From Terriglobia bacterium (GTDB lineage: Bacteria > Acidobacteriota > Terriglobia > Acidiferrales > UBA7541), in assembly GCA_963695545.1 (NCBI GenBank), contig OY968796.1:2848001-2912000 (forward strand): 64,000 nucleotides of DNA, written 5' to 3'. How positions within the stretch are numbered: position 1 is the first letter of the stretch; every line of letters begins with the position of its first letter. Positions 1-8,955 of this stretch are shown here, piece after piece. Under the pieces are notes generated by a model that did not search any database, had not been told where the DNA came from, and worked only from the letters and a program-made list of their open reading frames with translations. A program made the translations under genes and the position numbers.

Positions 1-896
1 TCGAAATGGCCGAAGGCAAGCGCTTGACGACAAGTCTTGTGGAAACTGGCGTGAGATGTTTGCTGCCGATTCATCCGAAAGCGCGCGTGTACGGCGCGCC
101 GGTGATCAGCGGCCATGTGGGCGCGGATGCGGCGGCGTGCATGCTGGCGGTTGACATCGCGAATGAAGAGCGACTGGTGGCGGTGATGGACATCGGCACG
201 AACACCGAACTGATCCTCGGCAACAAGCACCGCATTCTCGCGGCGTCTTGTCCGGCGGGGCCGGCGTTCGAGGGCGGCGCGATCGCGTGCGGCATGCCGG
301 CTTTGGATGGGGCGATCGAGGAAGTCGCGATTGGCGACGACGGAAAAATTCGCCTGCGCGTGATCGGCGACGTTGCGCCCGAAGGCATTTGCGGATCGGG
401 ATTGGTGGATGTGCTGAGCGAATTGCTTCGCACGGGGCGCATGAACGACATGGGACGATTCACGGATGACGTGCATCGCGTCACGCTCGATGAGGAACAC
501 GACATTTATTTGCTCGAGAGCGACGTGAACGAATTGGCGCAGGCCAAGGGCGCGAACGTGGCTGGTCTGCACGTGGTTTTCAGCAGCTACGGCATCGACT
601 TCGACGACATCGACGTTTTTTATCTGGCGGGAGGATTCGGGCGTCACCTGAACGTGGAAGCCTCGAAACGCATCGGCCTGGTGCCCAGTCTGCCGTCGCG
701 AAAAATCGTGCAGGCAGGAAATACCGCGATTGAAGGCGCCACGATTGCGCTGCTCTCGAAATCGAAACGCGAGGAACTTGAACGTCTCGTAAAGAAAGTG
801 GAGCACTGCCGGCTGGAAACGCATCCGCGCTTTTTCGATTTCTTCGTGGAGGGCTGCCAGTTTAAGCCCGTGGAGCCGATTCCATGCGCCCGGTAG
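1..896 (+). CDS. ASKHA-domain reductive activator of corrinoid proteins (RACo/DUF4445 family), 5'-truncated by the window edge
   Basis: Motifs SGHVGAD, MDIGTNTE, SCPAGPAFEGG, GICGSG, ELAQAKGA, YLAGGFG, GNTAIEGA; the N-terminal Fe-S part is missing, so the gene starts upstream of the window. Confidence 0.88.
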   Translation, partial: EMAEGKRLTTSLVETGVRCLLPIHPKARVYGAPVISGHVGADAAACMLAVDIANEERLVAVMDIGTNTELILGNKHRILAASCPAGPAFEGGAIACGMPALDGAIEEVAIGDDGKIRLRVIGDVAPEGICGSGLVDVLSELLRTGRMNDMGRFTDDVHRVTLDEEHDIYLLESDVNELAQAKGANVAGLHVVFSSYGIDFDDIDVFYLAGGFGRHLNVEASKRIGLVPSLPSRKIVQAGNTAIEGATIALLSKSKREELERLVKKVEHCRLETHPRFFDFFVEGCQFKPVEPIPCAR

Positions 897-901
897 CCGA
901 G

Positions 902-2143
902 ATGGTCGAGCTGGCCAGCACTTCGCCGAATGTTGAGGTGTCGCCGGCGGAATACACGCGGCTGCTTGGTTATCCGCGCGATTGGGTGCTGGAAGGCCGG
1001 GCTCTGGAATTAGCGGATTTGGCGCGCGCGTGGTACGCGAAGTACGGGCGGCCGTGGGTTTATGCCCGCCAAGCGGAAAGCCTCGAGATCGACGGCGAAT
1101 CGATTCTGATCGATGGAATGCCGTTCGCGAGCAAACGGCTGCAGAGCACGCTGCAGCAGGCTGCGGCCCACAGCGTGATTCTGGTCGCGGTGGGCGCGGG
1201 TCCCGAAGCCGAGGAGGAAGCTCACAGACGCTGGGAGGATGAAAAGCCCGACGAATATTTTTTTCTTGAGATGTTCAGCTCCGCGGTCGTCGAGCATTTG
1301 ACCACTGTGACCGGAGCGAATCTGTGCGACTGGGCGGAACGCCACGAGATGGCTGTGTTGCCGCACTACAGCCCTGGATATCCCGAATGGGACATCGCCG
1401 AGCAACCGCACCTGCTCGAACTGGTGAAGCGCACGCGAAAGCACGCGTTGCCCTCCGCCGTCGAAGTGCTCGAGTCCGGCATGTTACGGCCGAAAAAAAG
1501 TTTGCTCGCGGTTTTCGGATTGACGCGGCACACGGACCGGTTGCGCAGACTGACGGAGCTTGTTCCTTGCGAGAATTGTTCGTTCGCGCCGTGCCAATAC
1601 AGGCGCGCGCCGTACCGGCGGGCTTTGCGCGCGAAGGGCGAGGAAGCGCCGGTGCGCATCGAGGTGCTGGACCAGGAAGCGGCGTACAGCGTGAATACCA
1701 GGGCGCTGAAGAGATGGGCGCAGGAACGGCTATCGATCGAGACCTGCGAGGACGGCAGTGTCGACGCGGTGTTCCGCTACGACGGAACCACTTGCAACAA
1801 CATGGGCCGGCCGCTGACTTTTCTTTACAGCGTGAAGCTCGGGCCGCGCGCCGATGGATATCCGATACGAGAGCAGCGCTGCGCGCCGGCCACGGGGGAT
1901 ACGGGCCACGCGCAGATGTGCCAATATCTTGAGAATCCCGAGCGGTTGATGAGTTCGATCGAAAGCGAGAAGCCGCTCAGTGGACAACGGTTGAACGCCG
2001 TGTTGTCATGGCGGCGCGAAGCCTGCGCCGCGGGGTGCTACTGCGAGCCTTATAGCCGCGAGCACAAGTGGGGCCTGGTGCTGGAAACGATTCACTACGC
2101 GCTGGTGCAAAAGGAATTGGAGCAGGAAGCGGAACGATCATGA
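902..2143 (+). CDS. B12-dependent methionine synthase activation-domain-like protein with an additional Cys-rich C-terminal domain
   Basis: HYSPGYPEWDIAEQ and ESGMLRPKKSLLAVFG followed by PCENCSFAPCQYRR match stand-alone MetH reactivation-like proteins; start could be 884 or 902; TGA overlaps next ATG. Confidence 0.7.
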   Translation: MVELASTSPNVEVSPAEYTRLLGYPRDWVLEGRALELADLARAWYAKYGRPWVYARQAESLEIDGESILIDGMPFASKRLQSTLQQAAAHSVILVAVGAGPEAEEEAHRRWEDEKPDEYFFLEMFSSAVVEHLTTVTGANLCDWAERHEMAVLPHYSPGYPEWDIAEQPHLLELVKRTRKHALPSAVEVLESGMLRPKKSLLAVFGLTRHTDRLRRLTELVPCENCSFAPCQYRRAPYRRALRAKGEEAPVRIEVLDQEAAYSVNTRALKRWAQERLSIETCEDGSVDAVFRYDGTTCNNMGRPLTFLYSVKLGPRADGYPIREQRCAPATGDTGHAQMCQYLENPERLMSSIESEKPLSGQRLNAVLSWRREACAAGCYCEPYSREHKWGLVLETIHYALVQKELEQEAERS

Positions 2144-3081
2144 AGAAACTCTTGCAGGAAGCGATTCTCGAACGCCCATTGCTCAGCGACGGAGCTATGG
2201 GCACGCAGCTGATGATTGCCGGACTGGAACAGGGCAATTGCGGCGAGGAATGGAATCTGACGCAACGCGAAAAAGTGCTGGCGATTCATCGGCGTTACGC
2301 CGAGGCAGGAGGAGAGTGCCTGCTCACGAATACCTTCGGCGGTTCGCGCATCATGCTCACGCGCCACGGCAAACCGGATAAGGTCGTCGAAATCAACAAA
2401 GCGGCTGTGGGGATCGTCCGCGAAGCATTCGGCGCGAAGGACGGATACGTGATCGGGGACATCGGACCTTTCGGCGGGCTGATGGAACCGTACGGCGATT
2501 TCACCGAAGCCCAGGTACAGAGCGCGTTCGAGGAACAGGCCGGGGCGCTGGTGGACGCGGGAGCTGACGCCATCATCATCGAAACGCAGACGGGCCTTGA
2601 AGAACTTCTGCTGGGCATTCGCGCGGCGCAGAAAGCCGGCGCGCCGTGCATCATCGGGTCGATGGCCTACGACGTTACGCTCGACGGCTCGACGTTTCGG
2701 ACGATGATGGGTGTGGAACCGGAGCGCGCGGCCGAGTTCATGGAGGAAAACGGCGCGCATATCGTGGCGCTGAACTGCGGCACGCGCATGGACATGGTGC
2801 GCGCGAGAGAAGCTGTGGAGCGCTACAAGCAGGCGACAAGTTTGCCGGTGATGGTCTCGCCAAATGCGGGGCAACCGAAACTGATCAACATGAAAATCGT
2901 GTACGACGAAACGCCGGAGCAAATGGTGCAAGGTCTTGTGCCGCTGCTTGAGTCGGGCGCGAACATCGTGGGCGCATGTTGCGGCAGCACGCCGGAGCAT
3001 ATCGCCGCGTTCCGAAAAGCGATGGACGGATTTCTGGGATCGAATCACTCGAAATCGAACGGAGCTCGACGTGAAAGTTAA
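2140..3081 (+). CDS. Homocysteine S-methyltransferase family protein (stand-alone MetH N-terminal-like domain)
   Basis: SDGAMGTQL, TNTFGG, GDIGPFG, IIETQ, ALNCG, PNAGQP and GACCG Zn-binding motifs; ATGA overlap with upstream gene. Confidence 0.9.
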   Translation: MKKLLQEAILERPLLSDGAMGTQLMIAGLEQGNCGEEWNLTQREKVLAIHRRYAEAGGECLLTNTFGGSRIMLTRHGKPDKVVEINKAAVGIVREAFGAKDGYVIGDIGPFGGLMEPYGDFTEAQVQSAFEEQAGALVDAGADAIIIETQTGLEELLLGIRAAQKAGAPCIIGSMAYDVTLDGSTFRTMMGVEPERAAEFMEENGAHIVALNCGTRMDMVRAREAVERYKQATSLPVMVSPNAGQPKLINMKIVYDETPEQMVQGLVPLLESGANIVGACCGSTPEHIAAFRKAMDGFLGSNHSKSNGARRES

Positions 3082-3400
3082 ACTGTGCGATGTGAATCTG
3101 GGCGCGGCGGAAAAACTTCCGCCGCGCGGCGAAGACAAGTCGGGCGTCGGAGTTCATTACATGGACGCGTACATCAAGCCGATGAACGTGAAGCTCGAGG
3201 ACGGTACGCCGGTAAAGTGCAAACGCCGTGGATTGAAAATCACTCTTTCGGCTGGCGGAAAAAAGGGCGAAGGGCTGATGCGCAGGCTGGATGTGAGCCC
3301 TGATCCGGTCGTGATGCTCGACGCGGCGCTGCAGGAAGCTGCCAAGGCCGCGGGGATCGAGCTCGCGGTGGAAGACGGCGCGATATTCGTAACGCTCTGA
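3071..3400 (+). CDS. Hypothetical protein (109 aa), last gene of the corrinoid operon
   Basis: GTG start overlapping the upstream stop, GGAG at 3061, protein-like composition. Confidence 0.7.
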   Translation: MKVKLCDVNLGAAEKLPPRGEDKSGVGVHYMDAYIKPMNVKLEDGTPVKCKRRGLKITLSAGGKKGEGLMRRLDVSPDPVVMLDAALQEAAKAAGIELAVEDGAIFVTL

Positions 3401-3456
3401 GTTTTCCTTCGGAGCAATCCGAAACGCGTTCGCGAGGCTCCGGTTCTTCACGCATT

Positions 3457-3485
3457 TTGTGATTCCGCGATTGTGATGCTAAACT
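3457..3485 (+). promoter_or_regulatory. Putative sigma70 promoter of tRNA-Arg
   Basis: TTGTGA-17 nt-TAAACT with extended TG, followed by a GC-rich discriminator-like stretch just before the tRNA. Confidence 0.55.
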
Positions 3486-3497
3486 TTTCCGCGCGGC

Positions 3498-3574
3498 GCG
3501 CCCGTAGCTCAGCTGGATAGAGCGTCTGGCTACGAACCAGAAGGTCGGAGGTTCGACTCCTCTCGGGCGCGCCA
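3498..3574 (+). tRNA. tRNA-Arg (anticodon ACG)
   Basis: GCGCCCG/CGGGCGC acceptor stem, D-arm AGCTCAGCTGGATAGAGC, anticodon arm TCTGG-CTACGAA-CCAGA, T-loop TTCGACT, encoded CCA. Confidence 0.97.
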
Positions 3575-3791
3575 TTACTATCTGATTTTCCCCTCTTGGG
3601 TGTGATTGGGCCAGTGGCGCAATGCAATAGCATCGTCCGCTTCCGGCCTGGCGACGAAAAATAATTAACGATATGTCAGGATCAGGATGGCGAAGCGGCG
3701 CCGGCGGCGCGGAGGTGTGCGAAGAACGGGTGGTGAAACCGCGTGAGCGATCGCGGAGGACGGTCGCGCGCCCGCGAAGGGAGGCGCGAGC

Positions 3792-4328
3792 TCAGAGGAA
3801 AATGTGAAATGCGGAGAAGCCGAGTGCGGCGCCGATTGCGGAGCCGGCGATCACGTCGCTCAGGAAATGCATGCCGAGAATAATTCGCGAAGCCGCGATG
3901 CATAGGGCCACGAACAGCAGCGCGTCTTGCAATTGCGGATAGAACATTCCGATGCACACGGCCATGGCGAACGCGGTGATCGAATGGCCCGAGGGAAACG
4001 AGAACTGATCGGGAGGAAGCACGCGCGACCAGCAGTGAGGTTCTAGCTGGCAGGGACGCGTGCGGTGGCTGACGCGCTTGATTAGCTTGAAAATAAAAAT
4101 TCCGGCGACGGACGCGGTTCCTGCCGCGAGCACAGCGGTGAATCGCCGCGGACCGCCGAAGATCAGCAGGATGCAACCCAGCGAATACCACAGCCAACCA
4201 TCGCCGCAGCGGGTGGCTGAAACCATCAGCACGCGAAACCATCGCGGCGGGCGCCAGCGGTGCACGCGGCGCATCAGCCGGCGATCCCGGCTGTCGATAA
4301 AACCCCAGACGGCGCGCGTTACGGTCAT
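3792..4328 (-). CDS. Phosphatase PAP2 family membrane protein
   Basis: K-x6-RP (KRVSHRTRP), SFPSGH and SRIILGMHFLSDV motifs; hydrophobic segments. Confidence 0.92.
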   Translation of the reverse strand: MTVTRAVWGFIDSRDRRLMRRVHRWRPPRWFRVLMVSATRCGDGWLWYSLGCILLIFGGPRRFTAVLAAGTASVAGIFIFKLIKRVSHRTRPCQLEPHCWSRVLPPDQFSFPSGHSITAFAMAVCIGMFYPQLQDALLFVALCIAASRIILGMHFLSDVIAGSAIGAALGFSAFHIFL

Positions 4329-5218
4329 AGCGTTTTCTCCATCCCCACCGGCCGAAGCGAAGGACCGAGCGATCGTCCGCTGCGGCGCCGGCGGCGTGGC
4401 GGAACGACACGTTGCGCCCAGCGGCGGGCGAAAATGCGTTCCGACTCAAAGTTACCATAAGTGAAAGCGGGAACCAGAAGAGCGAGCGGCGCGAGCAAGG
4501 CCGGCCAGCGTTCTTCGCGCAGCAATTCCCATACGACGCGCAGCGCGACGCGCGTGGTCTGCGTGTAGCTTCCGCTTGAACCGCGCGCGCGGCACGAGCC
4601 GCGGCGCAGGCCAGCGAGAAATTCTTCTTTACTCTTGGCGCCGGGCACTTCGGTGTAGGCCGTGGCCGCGGCGCACACGGTGTGCGCGTCGCTGCCGCCG
4701 AGCGCGATTTTTTCGGTGCGCCGCGCGAGACGCGCGGCATGGCGATTCGTCTCCGGCAACATGTGGCCGTTCAGAGTTTCAAACGCGGGAAAGCTGTCGA
4801 TGAACCAGCGAAAATCTTCTTCGTGTCGCGGACCGGTGACGGAAGAAAAGATGTGGTTCACGGAAAAAAACAGATCCTGTTCGCCGAGATAGGCGACGAG
4901 AGCGGGCACGTCGGTGGCGCGCCGCTGAATTTCGACGTGCTGGCGCGGGGAGAGGTCATACACAGCGATGTGCGCTTCAGTGCCGCTGGGCATGCGGCAA
5001 GTGACTTCTTCGCTCGCGAAGAAATCGGGGTGCGCGCGCAGCGCCTCGCAACCATCGAGAGAATCATGGTCGGTTAATGTGACGAGGTGCATCCCCCGGC
5101 GCTTCACGACGGAGTAGACCTCTTCCGGTTCGCTGTAAGATTCCAGGCAAAAAGATTTGAGGACCGGCATCGTCGACGGCCCCGAGAACCGCGAGTGGAT
5201 GTGCAGGTCACATTTCAT
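4325..5218 (-). CDS. PHP-domain phosphoesterase
   Basis: DLHIHS, TDHD, SEEVT, NH and GGSDAH metal-binding motifs; 4 bp overlap with the PAP2 gene. Confidence 0.88.
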   Translation of the reverse strand: MKCDLHIHSRFSGPSTMPVLKSFCLESYSEPEEVYSVVKRRGMHLVTLTDHDSLDGCEALRAHPDFFASEEVTCRMPSGTEAHIAVYDLSPRQHVEIQRRATDVPALVAYLGEQDLFFSVNHIFSSVTGPRHEEDFRWFIDSFPAFETLNGHMLPETNRHAARLARRTEKIALGGSDAHTVCAAATAYTEVPGAKSKEEFLAGLRRGSCRARGSSGSYTQTTRVALRVVWELLREERWPALLAPLALLVPAFTYGNFESERIFARRWAQRVVPPRRRRRSGRSLGPSLRPVGMEKTL

Positions 5219-5371
5219 AATACGTTCGTAGCTCCGGAATGTTACGGGGCGATGAAAACGCGGCTACATTATTGTAAATAAAAGACTTATTACTCTTTGG
5301 GCACGGACGGGCGTGGACGGCTAAAAGTCGGCGTTGCGTTTGGCCACGCTTGTGCTATTCCTAGCTCGATC

Positions 5372-6547
5372 ATGAAGCGAATCGAATTTATTTTCTTCGA
5401 TGCCGGCGGCGGCCACCGCAGCGCCGCGACCGCGCTGCAACTGGCCATTAAGTCGCGACAGATTGCGTGGGACGTGAATTTGATGAACCTGCAGGAGGAG
5501 CTCGACAAGCTCGACATCCTGCGGCGGATTACCGGCGTGCGCATCCAGGATGCTTACAATTCGATGCTGCGATCCGGATGGACGCTGGGCAGCGCGCAAA
5601 TTCTGCTCGCGTTGCAGGCGACTATTTGGGTGCATCACACGCTGCTGGTGAAACTGCTGGTGAAATACTGGCAAACGGTTTCGCCGGACATGGTGGTTTC
5701 GTTTGTGCCGCACTTCAATCGCGTGATCGGCGAAAGTTTTGAGATTGCGTTTCCGGGGCGGCCATTCGTGACGATACTCACGGATCTTGCGAACTATCCG
5801 CCGAATTTCTGGATGGAGCGGCGCGAGCAGGATTTTATTTGCGGCACGGATCGCGCCGAACAGCAGGCCTTGGAATTCACGGGCACGCGCGAGCGTGTGT
5901 TTCGAGTGTCGGGAATGATTCTTCATCCGCGCTTTTATGAGCCGCAGACGGCGGATCGCGCGGCGGCGCGCTCGGCGCTTGGCCTCGGCGCGAATCTGGC
6001 GACGGGGCTGGTTCTTTTCGGCGGCTTCGGATCCAGTGCGATCGAAAAAATTGTCGATCGTTTGGACGAAGCGGATTTGCCGATACAACTGATTCTGATT
6101 TGCGGACGCAACGAGCAAGTGCGCGCGCGACTGGCGGCGCGAGCGACGCGCATGCCGATTTTCGTCGAAGGATTCACCACGAACATTCCGTATTACATGC
6201 ACCTTTCGGATTTTTTCATAGGGAAGCCCGGCCCGGGCAGCGTGAGCGAAGCGATCGCCATGCAATTGCCGGTGATCGTGGAGTGCAATGCGTGGACGCT
6301 TCCGCAGGAACGCTACAACGCAACGTGGGTGACGGAGAAGCAAGTGGGAATCGCTGTGGATAATTTCCGCAGCATCGTTCCCGCCGTCGAGCAGTTGCTG
6401 CGCGACGGCACGCTCGAACGATTTCGCGCGAACGCCGCCGCGCTGCCGAACCGCGCGGTCTTCGAGATTCCCGATATCCTCGAGCAGATCCTCGAACGCA
6501 GCGCAGAGCCGTCACAGGTTTTTGCGAAGGCGGCTGAATGCCGTTGA
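5372..6547 (+). CDS. MGDG synthase/UgtP-like diacylglycerol glycosyltransferase (GT28-like)
   Basis: GGGHRSAA, TILTD, LICGRN, GKPGPGSVSEA and PQERYNA motifs. Confidence 0.85.
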   Translation: MKRIEFIFFDAGGGHRSAATALQLAIKSRQIAWDVNLMNLQEELDKLDILRRITGVRIQDAYNSMLRSGWTLGSAQILLALQATIWVHHTLLVKLLVKYWQTVSPDMVVSFVPHFNRVIGESFEIAFPGRPFVTILTDLANYPPNFWMERREQDFICGTDRAEQQALEFTGTRERVFRVSGMILHPRFYEPQTADRAAARSALGLGANLATGLVLFGGFGSSAIEKIVDRLDEADLPIQLILICGRNEQVRARLAARATRMPIFVEGFTTNIPYYMHLSDFFIGKPGPGSVSEAIAMQLPVIVECNAWTLPQERYNATWVTEKQVGIAVDNFRSIVPAVEQLLRDGTLERFRANAAALPNRAVFEIPDILEQILERSAEPSQVFAKAAECR

Positions 6548-6614
6548 CGCTTCGCGCCGTGGAGACTTGCGAGAACGCGCTTTACATTTCAAGTTTCCCC
6601 GCGATGAGCGGCGC

Positions 6615-7598
6615 GTGGTAGCACCCATCCGCAAGGCCGTCTTGATTTACAACCCAGTGAGCGGGCGGCGGCGCTCGCGGCGCCTCGTCGAGATCGAGAC
6701 GGCGGGCAAAATTCTTTCCGACGCGGGTATCGCGATCGAATTCGCGCCGACGTTCGACCCCGGCTCGGGGACTACGATCGCGCGGCAGGCCGTGGCGCAA
6801 AAGTTCGATCTGGTGATCGCGTGCGGCGGCGACGGGACGGTGAACGAAATCGTGAACGGCCTGGCCGGCAGCAGAGTGCCGATGGCGCTGCTTCCCGCGG
6901 GCACGGCCAATATTTTGGCCAAGGAACTCGGGATTCCGTGGAACATTCCGGCCGCGGCTCGCTTGATACCTTCGAGCACGCCGCGGCGAATCGCGCTTGG
7001 GAGCATCGCGGCGCCGGGAGAACAGACCAACGGCAATTCGCCGCACGCGGATCGCTACTTCCTGTGCGTTGGCGGCAGCGGGCCGGACGGCGCAATCGTC
7101 AACGGTGTGGATTCCAAGCTGAAAAAAAGCATCGGCCAATTTGCGTATTGGGCGGAAGGGATGCGTCAATTATTCACGTACAAATTTCCGTTGATGCGCG
7201 TCGAATCGCGCGAGCGCACCGTCGACGCCACGATCGTAGTCGTCGGGCGAACGGCCGAGTACGGCGGGCCATTCAGAATCACCGACGGCGCCAGCCTATA
7301 CGAGAATTGTTTTGAGATCGTGGCTTTTTCAACGCGGAGCCGGCTGCGTTATCTGTTTGCGTTGCCCGCGCTTTACTTCGGCAAATTGCGCGGCGTGCGC
7401 GGAATCAGCGCGTGGAAGACGGCGGACGTGACATGCACGCCGCTCCCGGGCGGAACGCTCTACGCGCAACTGGACGGCGAGCCGGTCGGCGCGCTGCCGC
7501 TGCGATTTCGCATCGTTCCCGACGCGCTCACGCTGATGGTTCCATCCAGCGCGGCGAAAGCCAGCGACGCCGCCCAAGCGCCGAAGCAAACTGAATAA
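6615..7598 (+). CDS. Diacylglycerol/lipid kinase family protein (YegS/DagK-like)
   Basis: YNPVSG, ACGGDGTVNE, LPAGTAN, YGG and QLDGE motifs; start uncertain (6522-6615). Confidence 0.88.
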   Translation: MVAPIRKAVLIYNPVSGRRRSRRLVEIETAGKILSDAGIAIEFAPTFDPGSGTTIARQAVAQKFDLVIACGGDGTVNEIVNGLAGSRVPMALLPAGTANILAKELGIPWNIPAAARLIPSSTPRRIALGSIAAPGEQTNGNSPHADRYFLCVGGSGPDGAIVNGVDSKLKKSIGQFAYWAEGMRQLFTYKFPLMRVESRERTVDATIVVVGRTAEYGGPFRITDGASLYENCFEIVAFSTRSRLRYLFALPALYFGKLRGVRGISAWKTADVTCTPLPGGTLYAQLDGEPVGALPLRFRIVPDALTLMVPSSAAKASDAAQAPKQTE

Positions 7599-7717
7599 AA
7601 CCGAACGACGCGCCGGCACTTTGGGGGAAGCCCGCATCGATTATGCGGAAAGCATGATCGTGCGGCCGCCGATATGATAGATATTCTGGGGCGTCAGAGC
7701 GAGGGGATATCAATTTT

Positions 7718-8650
7718 ATGAAGCGAGTCGCGATCGTTCTGCTTTTTGCGAGTTTCGCGGCAGCGATCGGCGCGGTGGACCAACCGCCACGGCCGCGCAT
7801 CCTGGGCATTTCGCACATGGCGTTATTTGTGAGCGACCTTGCGAAGTCGCGCTGGTTTTACGAGGACTTTCTCGGCTTCGGCGAGCCCTACAATTTGAAG
7901 CGCGACGACGGTTCGGTGCGGATCGCTTTCGTCAAGATCAACGACGATCAATCCATCGAGCTGTTCACGGATCCGCCCAAGCAGGACGGCCAACTGAGCC
8001 ACATCGCTTTCTATACCGACTCGGCCGAAGGCATGCGCGAGTATCTCGCCGCGCAGGGCGTGAAAGTGCCGGCAGCGGTGGGCAAGGGCAAAATCGGAAA
8101 TTTGGAATTCAACGTCACGGATCCTGACGGACATACCGTCGAGATCGTGCAGTACGAGCCGGATGGCTGGACGCGCCGCGAGCGAGGAAATTTCATGCCC
8201 CACACACGCATATCAACGCACATCCCGCACGTTGGCGTGACCATCCGCGCGCTCGATCCCGCGATTAAATTTTACGGCGGCATTCTTGGCTTCAACGAAT
8301 TCTGGCGAGGCAGCTCGAACGGCAAAATCCTGAGTTGGGTGAACATGCGCGTCCCCGATGGGCAGGATTATCTCGAGATGATGCTCTACTCGGGGACGCT
8401 CGATGCAAAAGGACTCGGCACGAAGAATCACATCTGCCTGGTCGTGCCGGATATCGACAAAGCCGTGGCTGAGCTCAAGTCCCGACCCGACGCGAAGAAT
8501 TATTCGCTGCCGATTGAAATCAAAGTGGGAGTCAACGGAAAGCGCCAGGCAAATCTTTACGATCCGGATGGCACGCGCGTCGAACTGATGGAGCCCGACA
8601 CATTCGATCACAAGCCGGTGCCGCCGTCGACGGCTCCGCCGCCGATGTAG
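7718..8650 (+). CDS. Secreted two-domain VOC/glyoxalase family protein
   Basis: Signal peptide, then two repeats of the H...FY...LG...E...H...DPDGxxVE pattern. Confidence 0.82.
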   Translation: MKRVAIVLLFASFAAAIGAVDQPPRPRILGISHMALFVSDLAKSRWFYEDFLGFGEPYNLKRDDGSVRIAFVKINDDQSIELFTDPPKQDGQLSHIAFYTDSAEGMREYLAAQGVKVPAAVGKGKIGNLEFNVTDPDGHTVEIVQYEPDGWTRRERGNFMPHTRISTHIPHVGVTIRALDPAIKFYGGILGFNEFWRGSSNGKILSWVNMRVPDGQDYLEMMLYSGTLDAKGLGTKNHICLVVPDIDKAVAELKSRPDAKNYSLPIEIKVGVNGKRQANLYDPDGTRVELMEPDTFDHKPVPPSTAPPPM

Positions 8651-8955
8651 GACAAGACCGCGACGGAAGCGCCGTCAGCCAGCTAGCTGCTCTGCCAATC
8701 TTATTGAGCTCCCGCGTGCCGCGGCGGCTCGAAAATCCATTCGCATGTTTTTTTCGCCCTCGAAGTTTGGGCCGGCGCGCTGTGTAAGATGCAGAAACAT
8801 ATAGACTTAAGTCCTGAACCGCATCGGAACACGGGGTATCCGAAGTACTAGAACCGGGCTACCGTACCACCGGTACCAGTGCCCTATAGGGCCGCGGCGT
8901 TCCGCTTTGTATCCTTTACGCCGTGGGCACGCAGACCACAAACGGAGCACCTCTG

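Noticed and set aside
3498..3700. tRNA-Arg as an island or prophage integration site
   Set aside because: No integrase next to it, no duplicated tRNA 3' end noticed, and downstream genes have host-like composition
5340..5356. Sigma54-like GG-N10-GC upstream of the glycosyltransferase
   Set aside because: Poor match to TGGCAC-N5-TTGC and too close to the start codon to be convincing
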